A stretch of 64,000 nt of DNA from an uncultured Flavobacteriaceae bacterium (GCA_943846735.1 OX044364.1:2361271-2425270); one strand, 5' to 3'. Positions 39,169 through 48,243 are shown, counted from the first letter of the stretch. Numbers and translations are program-made. The notes: generated from the letters alone by a model not told the origin.

Positions 39169-39197
39169 TACTATCAAAACAATAGTAATTTTACTAT
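39169..39197. promoter_or_regulatory. candidate HxlR operator (TACTAT-N7-ATAGTA plus a third TACTAT)
   Basis: Perfect 6-bp inverted repeat at 39169-39187 and a further TACTAT at 39192-39197, in the 90-bp divergent intergenic region. Confidence 0.35.
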
Positions 39198-39238
39198 TTT
39201 TGCTATCGAATCAAAAGTAATAATAAATAATCAATCAT

Positions 39239-40255
39239 ATGAATAAAAAAGTATTGTTAACAGGAATATCTGGTTATATTGGTTTGCATTGCGCCAAAAT
39301 TCTTCTAGAAAAAGGATACACCGTTGTCGGAACAGTTAGAAGTACAAATAAAGAAGAGGAGGTTATTAAGACTCTTAATTCAAATTCTGTTTCTATTGAG
39401 AACCTTTCTTTTGTACATTTAAACCTTAGTTCTGATAAAGGATGGGATTCTGCGCTATCTAATTGTAATTATGTTATGCACGTCGCTTCTCCTTTTACTG
39501 TAGAAAACCCTAAAAATGATTCAGACATGCTTGGTCCTGCAGTAGATGGAACCGTTAGGGTACTCAAAGCTGCTAAAAAAAATGGTGTGAAACGAGTTGT
39601 TTTAACCAGCTCCACGGTCGCTATGATGGGAGGTAAAAAAACTGGCACAATTACACCAGATGACTGGAGTGACTTAAATTCAAAAAACATAAGTACGTAT
39701 TTCAAAAGTAAAACATTGGCAGAGAAAGCTGCATGGGACTTTATTAATAATCAATCAGGTGATCAATCATTAGAATTAGTCACGATTAACCCAGGAGGAG
39801 TTTTTGGACCTCCACTTGGTAATAACCTTTCTGGAGCTTCAATGTCCATGATGGTCAAATTTTTAGGAGGAAAAATTCCAATGGTCCCAAATGCATCCTT
39901 TCCAATGGTCGATGTACGTGATGTTGCCTATTTACATGTAGCCGCCCTTACAGAGCCAAAAGCAGCCAACCAACGTTTTATTGCAACAGAAAAAATAGGT
40001 AGAAGTTTTCAATCAATATGCCAATTGCTTACAGACAATGGCTATAAAGGCCCTAGTACCAAATTAGCGCCAAATTTCATGTTAAAATTTTTGTCCATCT
40101 TTGACAGAGAGGCCAAAGGTATGTTGGCTATGCTCGATATGAATCTAAGTGCTGATAATTCTAAAACAATGGAAGTTTTCAATTGGAAACCTATTCCTTT
40201 TGAAAAAACACTTTTAGAAACAGCAGTAGCAGTTACAAAGATTACTTCACATTAA
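39239..40255 (+). CDS. NAD(P)-dependent SDR (aldehyde/cinnamoyl-type reductase or epimerase family)
   Basis: ..VLLTGISGYIGLHCAKILLEKGYTV.., ..HVASP.., ..YFKSK (YxxxK). Confidence 0.7.
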   Translation: MNKKVLLTGISGYIGLHCAKILLEKGYTVVGTVRSTNKEEEVIKTLNSNSVSIENLSFVHLNLSSDKGWDSALSNCNYVMHVASPFTVENPKNDSDMLGPAVDGTVRVLKAAKKNGVKRVVLTSSTVAMMGGKKTGTITPDDWSDLNSKNISTYFKSKTLAEKAAWDFINNQSGDQSLELVTINPGGVFGPPLGNNLSGASMSMMVKFLGGKIPMVPNASFPMVDVRDVAYLHVAALTEPKAANQRFIATEKIGRSFQSICQLLTDNGYKGPSTKLAPNFMLKFLSIFDREAKGMLAMLDMNLSADNSKTMEVFNWKPIPFEKTLLETAVAVTKITSH

Positions 40256-40325
40256 TTATTGAACGGATTTAAATCATTAATCAAGATCACTTTACAACAT
40301 AAAATTGATTGATTTAATTGTATTT

Positions 40326-40424
40326 AATAGATCTCTTGAGGTAAAGATAATGTTCGATATTTCCAATGAGTTATCTACTAAAACAATAAAACGGTTATAC
40401 TTTTATAAAGTGTAACCGTTTTTA
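40326..40424 (+). repeat. tRNA-flank-derived repeat, copy C (5' arm + terminator hairpin)
   Basis: ..TAATAGATCTCTTGAGGTAAAGATAATGTTCGATATTTCCAATGAGTTATCTACTAAAACAATAAAACGGTTATACTTTTATAAAGTGTAACCGTTTTT. Confidence 0.8.
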
Positions 40425-40730
40425 TTTATCTGCTAAATTAGACCATTTCTCTATGGCGTGAAACACTTCACATAGCCCTTTTGACTTTTCGGTTAGTGAA
40501 TATTCCACCCTTGGAGGTATTTCTTCATACTGTTTTCTTGTAAGTAGGCCAGCACTCTCAAGACTTTTTAATTGATCAGTAAGAACTTTTCTTGAAACCC
40601 CATCAACCATTTGATGAATTTTACCAAACCTTAATGTGCCATGATTTCGTATTGTGTTTATTATAGGTAGTTTCCATTTGCCACCAATCTGCTGAGTAAA
40701 GTTTAAAACAGGACATTTTTCATTTTTCAT
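40422..40730 (-). CDS. HxlR-family transcriptional regulator
   Basis: ..CPVLNFTQQIGGKWKLPIINTI..LRFGKIHQMVDGVSRKVLTDQLKSLESAGLLTRKQYEEIPPRVEYSLTEKS.. Confidence 0.8.
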   Translation of the reverse strand: MKNEKCPVLNFTQQIGGKWKLPIINTIRNHGTLRFGKIHQMVDGVSRKVLTDQLKSLESAGLLTRKQYEEIPPRVEYSLTEKSKGLCEVFHAIEKWSNLADK

Positions 40731-40742
40731 AATTACAGTTTA

Positions 40743-40793
40743 GTTACTTCATAGTAACCACTTTTTATTAGTTACAAAAAGGTAACAAGTTAC
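40743..40793. promoter_or_regulatory. candidate HxlR operators: two GTTAC-N6-GTAAC palindromes plus an extra GTTAC
   Basis: GTTAC 40743-47 / GTAAC 40754-58; GTTAC 40771-75 / GTAAC 40782-86; GTTAC 40789-93. All lie in the divergent HxlR/YceI intergenic region. Confidence 0.4.
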
Positions 40794-40850
40794 TTTATGT
40801 AAACAAAAGTATTAATATTGTACAAACAAAAAAAACAAAAAAACAAAACA

Positions 40851-41429
40851 ATGAAAAAATCAATTAAAAACTTAGCTACTTTAGTAATTGTAGCATTTAT
40901 GACATTTTCCTTCACAACAAAAGATGGAGATAAAAAAGAAATTAAATTAGAAAGCAGTAAAGTTGTTTGGAAAGGTTATAAAGTAACTGGTTCTCATGAA
41001 GGGATTATCTCAATTAAATCTGGACATTTAAATTTTGACAAAGACATATTGACTGGAGGTAACTTTGAAATAGATATGTCTACTATTATAGTTACCGATT
41101 TAGAAGGTGAGTATAAAGGGAATTTAGAGGGTCATTTAAAATCTGACGATTTCTTTGGAGTTACAAAATTTCCTTCTGCATCACTGAACTTTACTAAGGT
41201 TGAACCAACAGGTAAAAACTCATATAAAGTCACTGGAGATATTACTATCAAAGGAAATACTGAGTCTATTTCATTCAATCTTTCAGTTTATGGGAACAAA
41301 GCTAATGCATCCTTAAAAATAGATAGAACAAAATTTGATGTAAGATATGGCTCTACAAGTTTCTTTGATGGATTGAAGGATAAAGCGATTTATGATGAAT
41401 TTGATTTAGTTGCTGATTTAGAATTTTAA
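40851..41429 (+). CDS. YceI-family (polyisoprenoid-binding) secreted protein
   Basis: Signal peptide MKKSIKNLATLVIVAFMTF. ..VVWKGYKVTGSHEGIISIKSGHL.., ..LEGHLKSDDFFGV..FPSASL.., ..IDRTKFDVRYGS.. ATG 40851 is preferred over the upstream TTG 40818. Confidence 0.75.
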   Translation: MKKSIKNLATLVIVAFMTFSFTTKDGDKKEIKLESSKVVWKGYKVTGSHEGIISIKSGHLNFDKDILTGGNFEIDMSTIIVTDLEGEYKGNLEGHLKSDDFFGVTKFPSASLNFTKVEPTGKNSYKVTGDITIKGNTESISFNLSVYGNKANASLKIDRTKFDVRYGSTSFFDGLKDKAIYDEFDLVADLEF

Positions 41430-41476
41430 TAAAATTTACTAATTTCACTCAATTCAATATTAAAAAACAAAAAATT

Positions 41477-41569
41477 ATGATTTATAAAAAACAAGATCGT
41501 CCAATGTGTGGATGTGGAAATACGCAAGATCCAAATGGATATTGTGACGGCTCACACCTTAATAAATAA
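41477..41569 (+). CDS. 30-aa CDGSH-type iron-sulfur mini-protein (below the ORF-track cutoff)
   Basis: ATG..TAA encodes MIYKKQDRPMCGCGNTQDPNGYCDGSHLNK. This contains C-x-C-x2-T-x2-P-x3-C-D-G-S-H, one residue longer than the canonical CDGSH spacing. Confidence 0.5.
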   Translation: MIYKKQDRPMCGCGNTQDPNGYCDGSHLNK

Positions 41570-41595
41570 ATGACTCTCTATTTATATTGCGGGAG

Positions 41596-41721
41596 ATAAG
41601 AGTCATTATATGATGAGTATCAATTAAGTCTTTTGGAGTTAGACTAATGTTCGATATTTCGAATGAGTTATCTACTAAAACAATAAAACGGTTATACTTT
41701 TATAAAGTGTAGCCGTTTTTT
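41596..41721 (+). repeat. tRNA-flank-derived repeat, copy A (full length, ~125 nt)
   Basis: ATAAGAGTCATTATATGATGAGTATCAATTAAGTCTTTTGGAGTTAGACTAATGTTCGATATTTCGAATGAGTTATCTACTAAAACAATAAAACGGTTATACTTTTATAAAGTGTAGCCGTTTTTT. Confidence 0.85.
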
Positions 41722-41735
41722 AATTAAAACACTTA

Positions 41736-41915
41736 TTAATCAAACATTCCAAACCCGTCTCCTGGATTATCACCGGGACCAGATTGTGCTTGTGCTTTTT
41801 GAGGATTTAAAATGATGAGGGTGCCTACAGCAGTTAATGCGGTGTATTTACCAATCTTTTTAAGGGCCTCTTTACGTGAAATATTTTTGTTGCTATTAGT
41901 ATCTTTAGTTTTCAT
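41736..41915 (-). CDS. 59-aa small secreted peptide, last gene of the T9SS/amylase operon (below the ORF-track cutoff)
   Basis: MKTKDTNSNKNISRKEALKKIGKYTALTAVGTLIILNPQKAQAQSGPGDNPGDGFGMFD. It has a charged N-region, a hydrophobic core and an AQA-type cleavage site, leaving a ~16-aa Gly/Pro/Asp-rich tail. Confidence 0.4.
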   Translation of the reverse strand: MKTKDTNSNKNISRKEALKKIGKYTALTAVGTLIILNPQKAQAQSGPGDNPGDGFGMFD

Positions 41916-41934
41916 AATTCTGAGGGTTGATTAA

Positions 41935-44184
41935 TTAATTAAGGATAATTTTTCTGTTTATAATTCCAGATTCTGTGGTTAACTTAATTACATAAACACC
42001 ACTCGCTAAAGTTGGTAATGCAATATTATTGGCTCCTTGACCTTGAAACGCTGTTTTTAGAACTTGTTTCCCTAGGGTATTGTAAAGCACAACAGAGGCA
42101 GCCCCACTTTGCACGCCAACAATACGTAATTGCTCTCGTGTTGGCGTATAAATACCAATCATATCATTAAGCGTAGCACTATCAATGCCTAAAGTGTCTA
42201 AAGCAGTGTATAAGTAAAAACGTCCACTACCATTTAAATCACTGGTCAAGGTCGTTGTAAACTTTGAGTCATTTTCCAATAACGTAAACGAATTATCAGA
42301 GGTGTCTTGCAGATAGAGTTTAATGCCAGTGGGCAAATTCACACTGCTGGCTGAGATACTAATAGTCATTCCAGAAGTAGCATTGATACCCACAGGAATG
42401 ATCATGTTCTCATAATCATTATCAGGAAGTGATTGTATGCCTAGATTTCTACCAGAGTCTGTAGTAACTTCGTGAGTGTACATGGCAAACTCATTTTCAA
42501 AACCACCAAAGATGGAGCTATCATAGCCATTATCAAACCCAGTGGTAGTACCATCGATATAGTAAATATCGGCAGCTCTTGTTTCAGACTCATTAGTCAA
42601 GGTGAGATTAATTTCAGGACGATTAGAGCTAGGCGTAAAGAAGGTGTCAGCACTATGGCTCTGCATAGCTTCTGTAATATCAAATGTTCCAGCTGAACCG
42701 GTTAAGACAAAAAATCCTTGACCTGGAGCTATTTCTAAATCTGCTGCTAAGTTTTTCTGTACATATGCACCAGCACCTACATTGGCAGATTGGTCCCAAA
42801 GCCATATGGTCTGTTCTGATAGCAACGCCTCGTTTCCTGTAGCGACATTATCTTCTTCAATTAATTCTGATACAGAAATATAGCTTGTGTAAGGGTTTCC
42901 AATAAAATTAAAAGCATTACCTCCGGTTCCAGATCCATCAGATAGGGAAACTCCAACATCATCGGTGCGTAGTGTTCCTGTAAAAGCAACATCACCCGAA
43001 GCTTGCATTTTTATGGCGTAGCCAGTACCTGTTGCAAAGGTATCACTCGTATCATCACCATCTTCTCCGTCAACTTGTCCTTCTGTGTAATAGTTCCATC
43101 GGTCAGCACCAAGGGTTTGCGCATTGTCATAAGGTGCGATGGCTACATTTTGAGTATTCCCAGTTCCAGAGCCAAGTGCGGGAGACTCGTCAGTATAAAA
43201 ATCAACAATGGTTTGACCTTCAACAGGTGCAGAGACCAAATACCAGTTAGTTGTTGGAATATTTCTTTCATAAGTCATTGAACCAGCAAATGTAGACTGT
43301 GCAATTAAAGAAGCTCCAGACTCAATATAAGCAGAATTTATAGTAACAGCAGTTGAAGCTGTGGGAAAGTTTGTTATACCTGTTTTTGGAATTCTAACAT
43401 TAGCTGTTGTACTTGGTACTGAATTTGAACTCCAGTTTGCAGCTGTAGTCCAATTGTTATCAGTACTTCCATCCCATACATTTGCATAAACGTAATTAGT
43501 GGTTTGTTTCCAAAAAATATTTTGGTTAGAAGTTCCATCATAATCATCAGCTAGATAAACAGAAAAACCAGAAATATTTGAATTATTGATAGTTACAGTT
43601 TCAGTAAATGAAGTAGCACTATTATTCAATCTTTCAATTTTAATCTCCATTTTTGTTGGAGAAAGTAATGTGAAAGTGAATACAAATTCATTTATTCCAC
43701 CACTTCCACTTGAAGATCCATTTATAGTTGAATTATTTACTGTGCCATCTTTAGATATAATTTCCCATGGATCATATGATCCACCATTTCCATTTAAGTT
43801 TACTTGTACAGCATAATTATTTATTCTATCAGCCCATGAAGAAGTTGTTGAAGGACTAGAAAGTAAAGAAACTCCAATTTGACCAAAAGCTTGATAAGCA
43901 GCTAGAGAAATTTTAAAGATATCACCAACTTTCATTGTAGTTGCACTTCCTGCAGTTGAACCATCATCTGTAAAATTTTTCCAAGATACGACCTGTTTTG
44001 CACCACTACCATTTGCATACATCCCAAGTTCATTTGCTCCATTATCAAATGCACCAGCAGTACCATCAGCAGTAAAAGTTGCATTATAACTAGAATTTTG
44101 TTGAGTGTAAGCAATTGTAGTTTGAGCCTGTATAGCAAAGCAAAATACTAAACTCAACATTGTTAATAAATAATTTTTTTTCAT
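41935..44184 (-). CDS. T9SS-secreted protein with uncharacterised N-terminal domain (paralog of 44197..45114)
   Basis: Signal peptide MKKNYLLTMLSLVFCFAIQAQ. The ~230-aa N-domain is shared with the neighbouring gene (..GQIGVSLLSSPSTTSSWADRINNYAVQVNLNGNGGSYDPWEI..). C-terminal Por-type sorting domain ..VVLYNTLGKQVLKTAF..LASGVYVIKLTTESGIINRKIILN. Confidence 0.75.
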   Translation of the reverse strand: MKKNYLLTMLSLVFCFAIQAQTTIAYTQQNSSYNATFTADGTAGAFDNGANELGMYANGSGAKQVVSWKNFTDDGSTAGSATTMKVGDIFKISLAAYQAFGQIGVSLLSSPSTTSSWADRINNYAVQVNLNGNGGSYDPWEIISKDGTVNNSTINGSSSGSGGINEFVFTFTLLSPTKMEIKIERLNNSATSFTETVTINNSNISGFSVYLADDYDGTSNQNIFWKQTTNYVYANVWDGSTDNNWTTAANWSSNSVPSTTANVRIPKTGITNFPTASTAVTINSAYIESGASLIAQSTFAGSMTYERNIPTTNWYLVSAPVEGQTIVDFYTDESPALGSGTGNTQNVAIAPYDNAQTLGADRWNYYTEGQVDGEDGDDTSDTFATGTGYAIKMQASGDVAFTGTLRTDDVGVSLSDGSGTGGNAFNFIGNPYTSYISVSELIEEDNVATGNEALLSEQTIWLWDQSANVGAGAYVQKNLAADLEIAPGQGFFVLTGSAGTFDITEAMQSHSADTFFTPSSNRPEINLTLTNESETRAADIYYIDGTTTGFDNGYDSSIFGGFENEFAMYTHEVTTDSGRNLGIQSLPDNDYENMIIPVGINATSGMTISISASSVNLPTGIKLYLQDTSDNSFTLLENDSKFTTTLTSDLNGSGRFYLYTALDTLGIDSATLNDMIGIYTPTREQLRIVGVQSGAASVVLYNTLGKQVLKTAFQGQGANNIALPTLASGVYVIKLTTESGIINRKIILN

Positions 44185-44196
44185 GATATTTTTTTA

Positions 44197-45114
44197 TTAC
44201 TTAATAATTAATTTTTCGGCACTTATTTTGTTTTCTATTTCTACTAAGTATAATCCTTTTGAAATATTTTCTATATTAAACGTTTCACCTTTACTAAAAT
44301 CACCTGTAAAAGTTTTAATTAATTTACCTTGTAAATCATAAATTTTTAAAGACTTTAAAGCAGTGTTCACTTTAATGTATTCGTTAGCAGGATTAGGAAA
44401 CAAGCTAATGCGTTGTTTTAATTCTTGATCTTCAACACTTAAAGCAGCATAAGTATACTCTGTATTTGGTTTCCAATAAATATTACTATTTGCTATTCCA
44501 TTCCAATCATCAGCAAAATATACAGAATAACCAGTTATATTTTGGTTGTTTAATGTAACATTAAAAGTTTCAGCTCCATTGTTTATTGAAACGGTCATAC
44601 CAGAAGCAGTAGTAAGTGTAAATGTAAATGTGAAATCTGCGTATGCGGTAGATCCGCCAATAGTTGAAGCGTTTACAGTTCCTCCAGTAGAAACAACTTC
44701 CCAAGGATCGTTAGCTCCTCCATTTCCATTTAAGTTAACTTGTAGAGCATAATTATTTATTCTATCAGCCCATGAAGAAGTTGTTGTAGGACTGGATAAT
44801 AATGCTATTCCTATTTGTCCAAAAGATGCTTGTGTAGCAGAAACTGTAATTGTAAAACTATCTCCTATTGCCATAGTAGATGCTGTACCTGTTGTGGTTC
44901 CATCTTGGGTGAAATTCCTCCAACCTACAGATTGTCCATTCAGACTACCTCCATTAGCCCACATTCCAAATTCATCTGTTCCATTATCAAAATTACCACC
45001 ACTATCGGTAAAAAAAGCATTATAGTTGGCAACTCGTTGTGGATAATTAATAGTTGTTTGTGCATTTAAACTTAAAGTTAATGCAACAAAAAATAAAAAG
45101 TAAAATTGTTTCAT
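44197..45114 (-). CDS. T9SS-secreted protein: same uncharacterised domain fused directly to a T9SS sorting domain
   Basis: ..GQIGIALLSSPTTTSSWADRINNYALQVNLNGNGGANDPWEV.. then CTD ..LFPNPANEYIKVNT..LKIYDLQGKLIKTF..GLYLVEIENKISAEKLIIK. Confidence 0.75.
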   Translation of the reverse strand: MKQFYFLFFVALTLSLNAQTTINYPQRVANYNAFFTDSGGNFDNGTDEFGMWANGGSLNGQSVGWRNFTQDGTTTGTASTMAIGDSFTITVSATQASFGQIGIALLSSPTTTSSWADRINNYALQVNLNGNGGANDPWEVVSTGGTVNASTIGGSTAYADFTFTFTLTTASGMTVSINNGAETFNVTLNNQNITGYSVYFADDWNGIANSNIYWKPNTEYTYAALSVEDQELKQRISLFPNPANEYIKVNTALKSLKIYDLQGKLIKTFTGDFSKGETFNIENISKGLYLVEIENKISAEKLIIK

Positions 45115-45115
45115 A

Positions 45116-48001
45116 TTATTTTATTATTAATTTTTTAATTATTGAATTATTACCAGATTCAAATTTTACTACATAAATACCTTTGGATAATTTTGAAACA
45201 TTAAAATCTGTATTCGCTTGTAATTCTTCTTTAAAACTTAATATTAGTTTTCCTGTAATGTCAAAAATTGAAATTTTATTAACTGGTTTATTTATTTTAA
45301 ATGAACTTAAAGCAGGATTTGGATATAATTTAAAAGTATCTGCAATATCAGCTTCCGTATTGCTTAAAGTTTGCGGTACTGCATTACCATAAATTTTAAA
45401 CTCTCCTGCTGGAATAGTGATTGGACTTGATGTGTTTGTTACATTAATTGACGTATTGTAAGTGTCATCCATTAAGTCATACCAAGTACCTGTATAAGGA
45501 AAATCTGGTACTACATTTTGTGTAGTAACATCAAAATTTGCAAGAATTACAACATTTTTAAGTTCGGTTGCTGGAATTGTATTATCAAATATGTAGATTT
45601 TTGGGGTTAAATTCCCTGAAGTAATGGCGTAATCACCTTCAAAAACTGCCTCGTTTACTTTTAGGTCATTTAATCTTGACCAATCGTTATAAACTTGACT
45701 TCTATCTGCGTTTGCTAACCAATTATTTTCCCATTGTGGTTGTGGTTTTGTGTCTAATTTACAGTCGCCAGTAGCAGCATCACTTGGTGTGTTTACACTT
45801 CCATCACTACAAGTGTAAATAGAGTTTTCCATACCTAATTCGGTAAAATGCCAAATCATTTTTGGACCAGGAATGGTTAACGATACAGCACCTAAAGCAG
45901 ACATTCTTTTTATAGAAGTATTTAAGTCTGTAACGTCGTGACTTGAGTTACTGCTATTTCCAAATTCCAAATTCTTATACATCAATCTCTCTTCGTCATG
46001 ACTTTCTGGGTAACCCACTAATCTTGGCTCGTTAAAACCTCTACTATTATGTCCCATACCAGAAATATCTGTTCCAGAACTATAGCCCATAGTTAGTTGA
46101 TTGTAAGGATTATTCATCTTTCCCCAAAGCATAATACCTTTACCTTCATTAACTCTATAATCTGCCCATTCTTTTTCTTCTTCGTTATCACCTAAATGTT
46201 CAAAAATAACATAATGGTCTGGATCTAAACTCCATGAATGGTCTGCATATTCTTTTAAAATGGCAACTCTATCAGAACGATAACTATTGGTGCAACTTTC
46301 ATCATTTGCTGTACATTGTTGTGTAAACCCTTTTGTTAAATCCCATCTGAACCCATCGATTTTAAAGTCGTTAACCCAACGGTCTATTACACGTTTAGTA
46401 TAATCTTTAGTTCTTGGGTTAGAGTGGTCAAAATCTGATCCTACACTATAGCTATGCGTCGCAATTTCATTAAAATAAGGATTAACACTATTTGGTTCTC
46501 CCCAACCATCATCATCAAAATCATTCATCCATAAACGTACCATTGGGTTACTTCCAAATGCATGATTCAACGCAAGGTCTAAAACAACTGCTATACCATT
46601 TTGATGACATAAATCTACAAACTCTTTAAACTTGTCTTCTGTACCATAATACTTATCTAAAGCTAAATGAAAAGACGTATTATATCCCCAACTTTCATTA
46701 CCTTCATATTCCATAATCGGCATAAGTTGTATGGCATTAACATTAAGGTTTTTAAAGTAGTCTATTCTATCTATTAATTGCTGAAAGTTTCTTCCCCCAT
46801 CATCATTTTTATCAAAATCTCTAATTAGAACTTCATAAATTACTAAGTCTTCTTTTTTAGGTTTTTGAAAATTAGTGACTTGCCAATTGTATGGTGTTTG
46901 CCCTGTTTGTAAAACTGTAACCTCTCTTAATTGTCCAGCAGGATATACAGGAATATTAGGATAAGATGAAGCTGGAATCAAAGGATCGTCAAAAGGAGAC
47001 AATACTAAAGTTGAGTATGGATCTGCTGTTTTAACCAGTTTTGGAGAATTTCTTGGTGGTGAATTATCAACAACCCAATATTGGTAAGTTTCAATTTGTC
47101 CAGGTGTTAATCCATTTAATTCAATCCAAAATTTATTATTTCTAGTTGGATCTTTCTTCATAGCATAACTAATATCTGGTTGCCAATTATTAAAACTACC
47201 AGCTAGATATGTAAAGTCTTTTCCTGTAGCATCGAGTACTAATATAGCTGTGTTGTTATCTATATATGTAATTCCGTCTTGGTACGTTGTTGGCATTATA
47301 CCAAAGTTGCTGCCTGGATTAATTAAAAGATAGAAATTTTTAGTTATTGTTGTTCCGTTTTGTGTAACTTCTAAATTATAATTTTGATTATTTGAAATAT
47401 TAGTATGTGTATAATTGTAGTTAGAAATATTGGTTTGAGTATTTAATGTTATACCATTAGATTTAAGAACATAAGTTGCATTTCCACTAGTGTTAGTTGC
47501 TTGAATAGATAAATTTTCTCCTAAATTTATTATTGTAGTAGAATTTGAAGCAGGAGCATTTTGAATAACCTGAAAAGCGCCTACATCTACCAAATTATCT
47601 TGTGATTTTTTATCTCCAGTTCCATCTTTAGCTTTAATTAAAAAGCCAATTCTACCTATTCCTGTTCTATCATAAAAAGTTGTTGGAACAAAGGACATTG
47701 TATAAGTATCGTTTCCGCTATTGTATGTAAACTTATTGCTTTCGTTAGAATTTGTCCACTCGCCATTTGTTGGACAGTCTTGTATGTTTTGAAGATTAAC
47801 ATCAAAAGACCAAGCCCAAATATAAAGTGAGTTATCTGTAACTCCCCAAGTAGCTTCATTTACACTAGAACCATCTACAGTAATTGTAATGTTTTCTGTT
47901 TCTTCAAAAATAGTTGGAGAAACTGTGTAAGTTATGTTTTGTTGTTGTGCAAATAAACCTGTGTTTACAAGTAAAAATAAAAGTAGTATTTTCTTTTTCA
48001 T
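45116..48001 (-). CDS. GH13 alpha-amylase-family glycoside hydrolase with T9SS C-terminal sorting domain
   Basis: 961 aa with signal peptide. GH13 regions I VVLDLALNHA, II DGFRWDLTKGF, III IFEHLGD, IV YPESHDEER. CTD ..LYPNPALSSFKINKPVNKISIFDITGKLILSF..GIYVVKFESGNNSIIKKLIIK. Confidence 0.85.
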   Translation of the reverse strand: MKKKILLLFLLVNTGLFAQQQNITYTVSPTIFEETENITITVDGSSVNEATWGVTDNSLYIWAWSFDVNLQNIQDCPTNGEWTNSNESNKFTYNSGNDTYTMSFVPTTFYDRTGIGRIGFLIKAKDGTGDKKSQDNLVDVGAFQVIQNAPASNSTTIINLGENLSIQATNTSGNATYVLKSNGITLNTQTNISNYNYTHTNISNNQNYNLEVTQNGTTITKNFYLLINPGSNFGIMPTTYQDGITYIDNNTAILVLDATGKDFTYLAGSFNNWQPDISYAMKKDPTRNNKFWIELNGLTPGQIETYQYWVVDNSPPRNSPKLVKTADPYSTLVLSPFDDPLIPASSYPNIPVYPAGQLREVTVLQTGQTPYNWQVTNFQKPKKEDLVIYEVLIRDFDKNDDGGRNFQQLIDRIDYFKNLNVNAIQLMPIMEYEGNESWGYNTSFHLALDKYYGTEDKFKEFVDLCHQNGIAVVLDLALNHAFGSNPMVRLWMNDFDDDGWGEPNSVNPYFNEIATHSYSVGSDFDHSNPRTKDYTKRVIDRWVNDFKIDGFRWDLTKGFTQQCTANDESCTNSYRSDRVAILKEYADHSWSLDPDHYVIFEHLGDNEEEKEWADYRVNEGKGIMLWGKMNNPYNQLTMGYSSGTDISGMGHNSRGFNEPRLVGYPESHDEERLMYKNLEFGNSSNSSHDVTDLNTSIKRMSALGAVSLTIPGPKMIWHFTELGMENSIYTCSDGSVNTPSDAATGDCKLDTKPQPQWENNWLANADRSQVYNDWSRLNDLKVNEAVFEGDYAITSGNLTPKIYIFDNTIPATELKNVVILANFDVTTQNVVPDFPYTGTWYDLMDDTYNTSINVTNTSSPITIPAGEFKIYGNAVPQTLSNTEADIADTFKLYPNPALSSFKINKPVNKISIFDITGKLILSFKEELQANTDFNVSKLSKGIYVVKFESGNNSIIKKLIIK

Positions 48002-48014
48002 ATAACTTAACTTA

Positions 48015-48043
48015 AAAAGGACTGTTAAATAGAACAGCCTTTA
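48015..48043 (-). terminator. terminator-like hairpin immediately upstream of the amylase start codon
   Basis: Minus strand reads AAAGGCTGTTCTATTTAACAGTCCTTTTT. It lies between the SusE/F-like remnant and the GH13 ATG, which is about 14 nt downstream. Confidence 0.35.
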
Positions 48044-48063
48044 TTTATTAATAAATGGAAATT

Positions 48064-48243
48064 TTATAATTGATTTAATTGGTATGTATTATCCATTAAA
48101 TTTAGTTTAATTCTATAATTACCAGCTGTTACAGTTATGTTGTCACCTCCAGCATCTAAAGTTCCATCTGCGCCACTATCTCCAAAATATGAATCCTAAG
48201 TATCATTAACTCTAAATTTAATTTCACCATCAATTAAAGCTAC
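48064..48243 (-). pseudogene. remnant of a SusE/SusF-like starch-binding outer-membrane protein (last ~58 codons, in-frame TAG)
   Basis: Minus-strand frame reads IVALIDGEIKFRVNDT*DSYFGDSGADGTLDAGGDNITVTAGNYRIKLNLMDNTYQLNQL*. This matches the SusE/F C-terminal CBM pattern (KFR.N..W..N.G....G.L...G.NI.V..G.Y.I.L.L), with the expected Trp codon read as TAG. The frame opens exactly where repeat element 2 ends. Confidence 0.5.
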
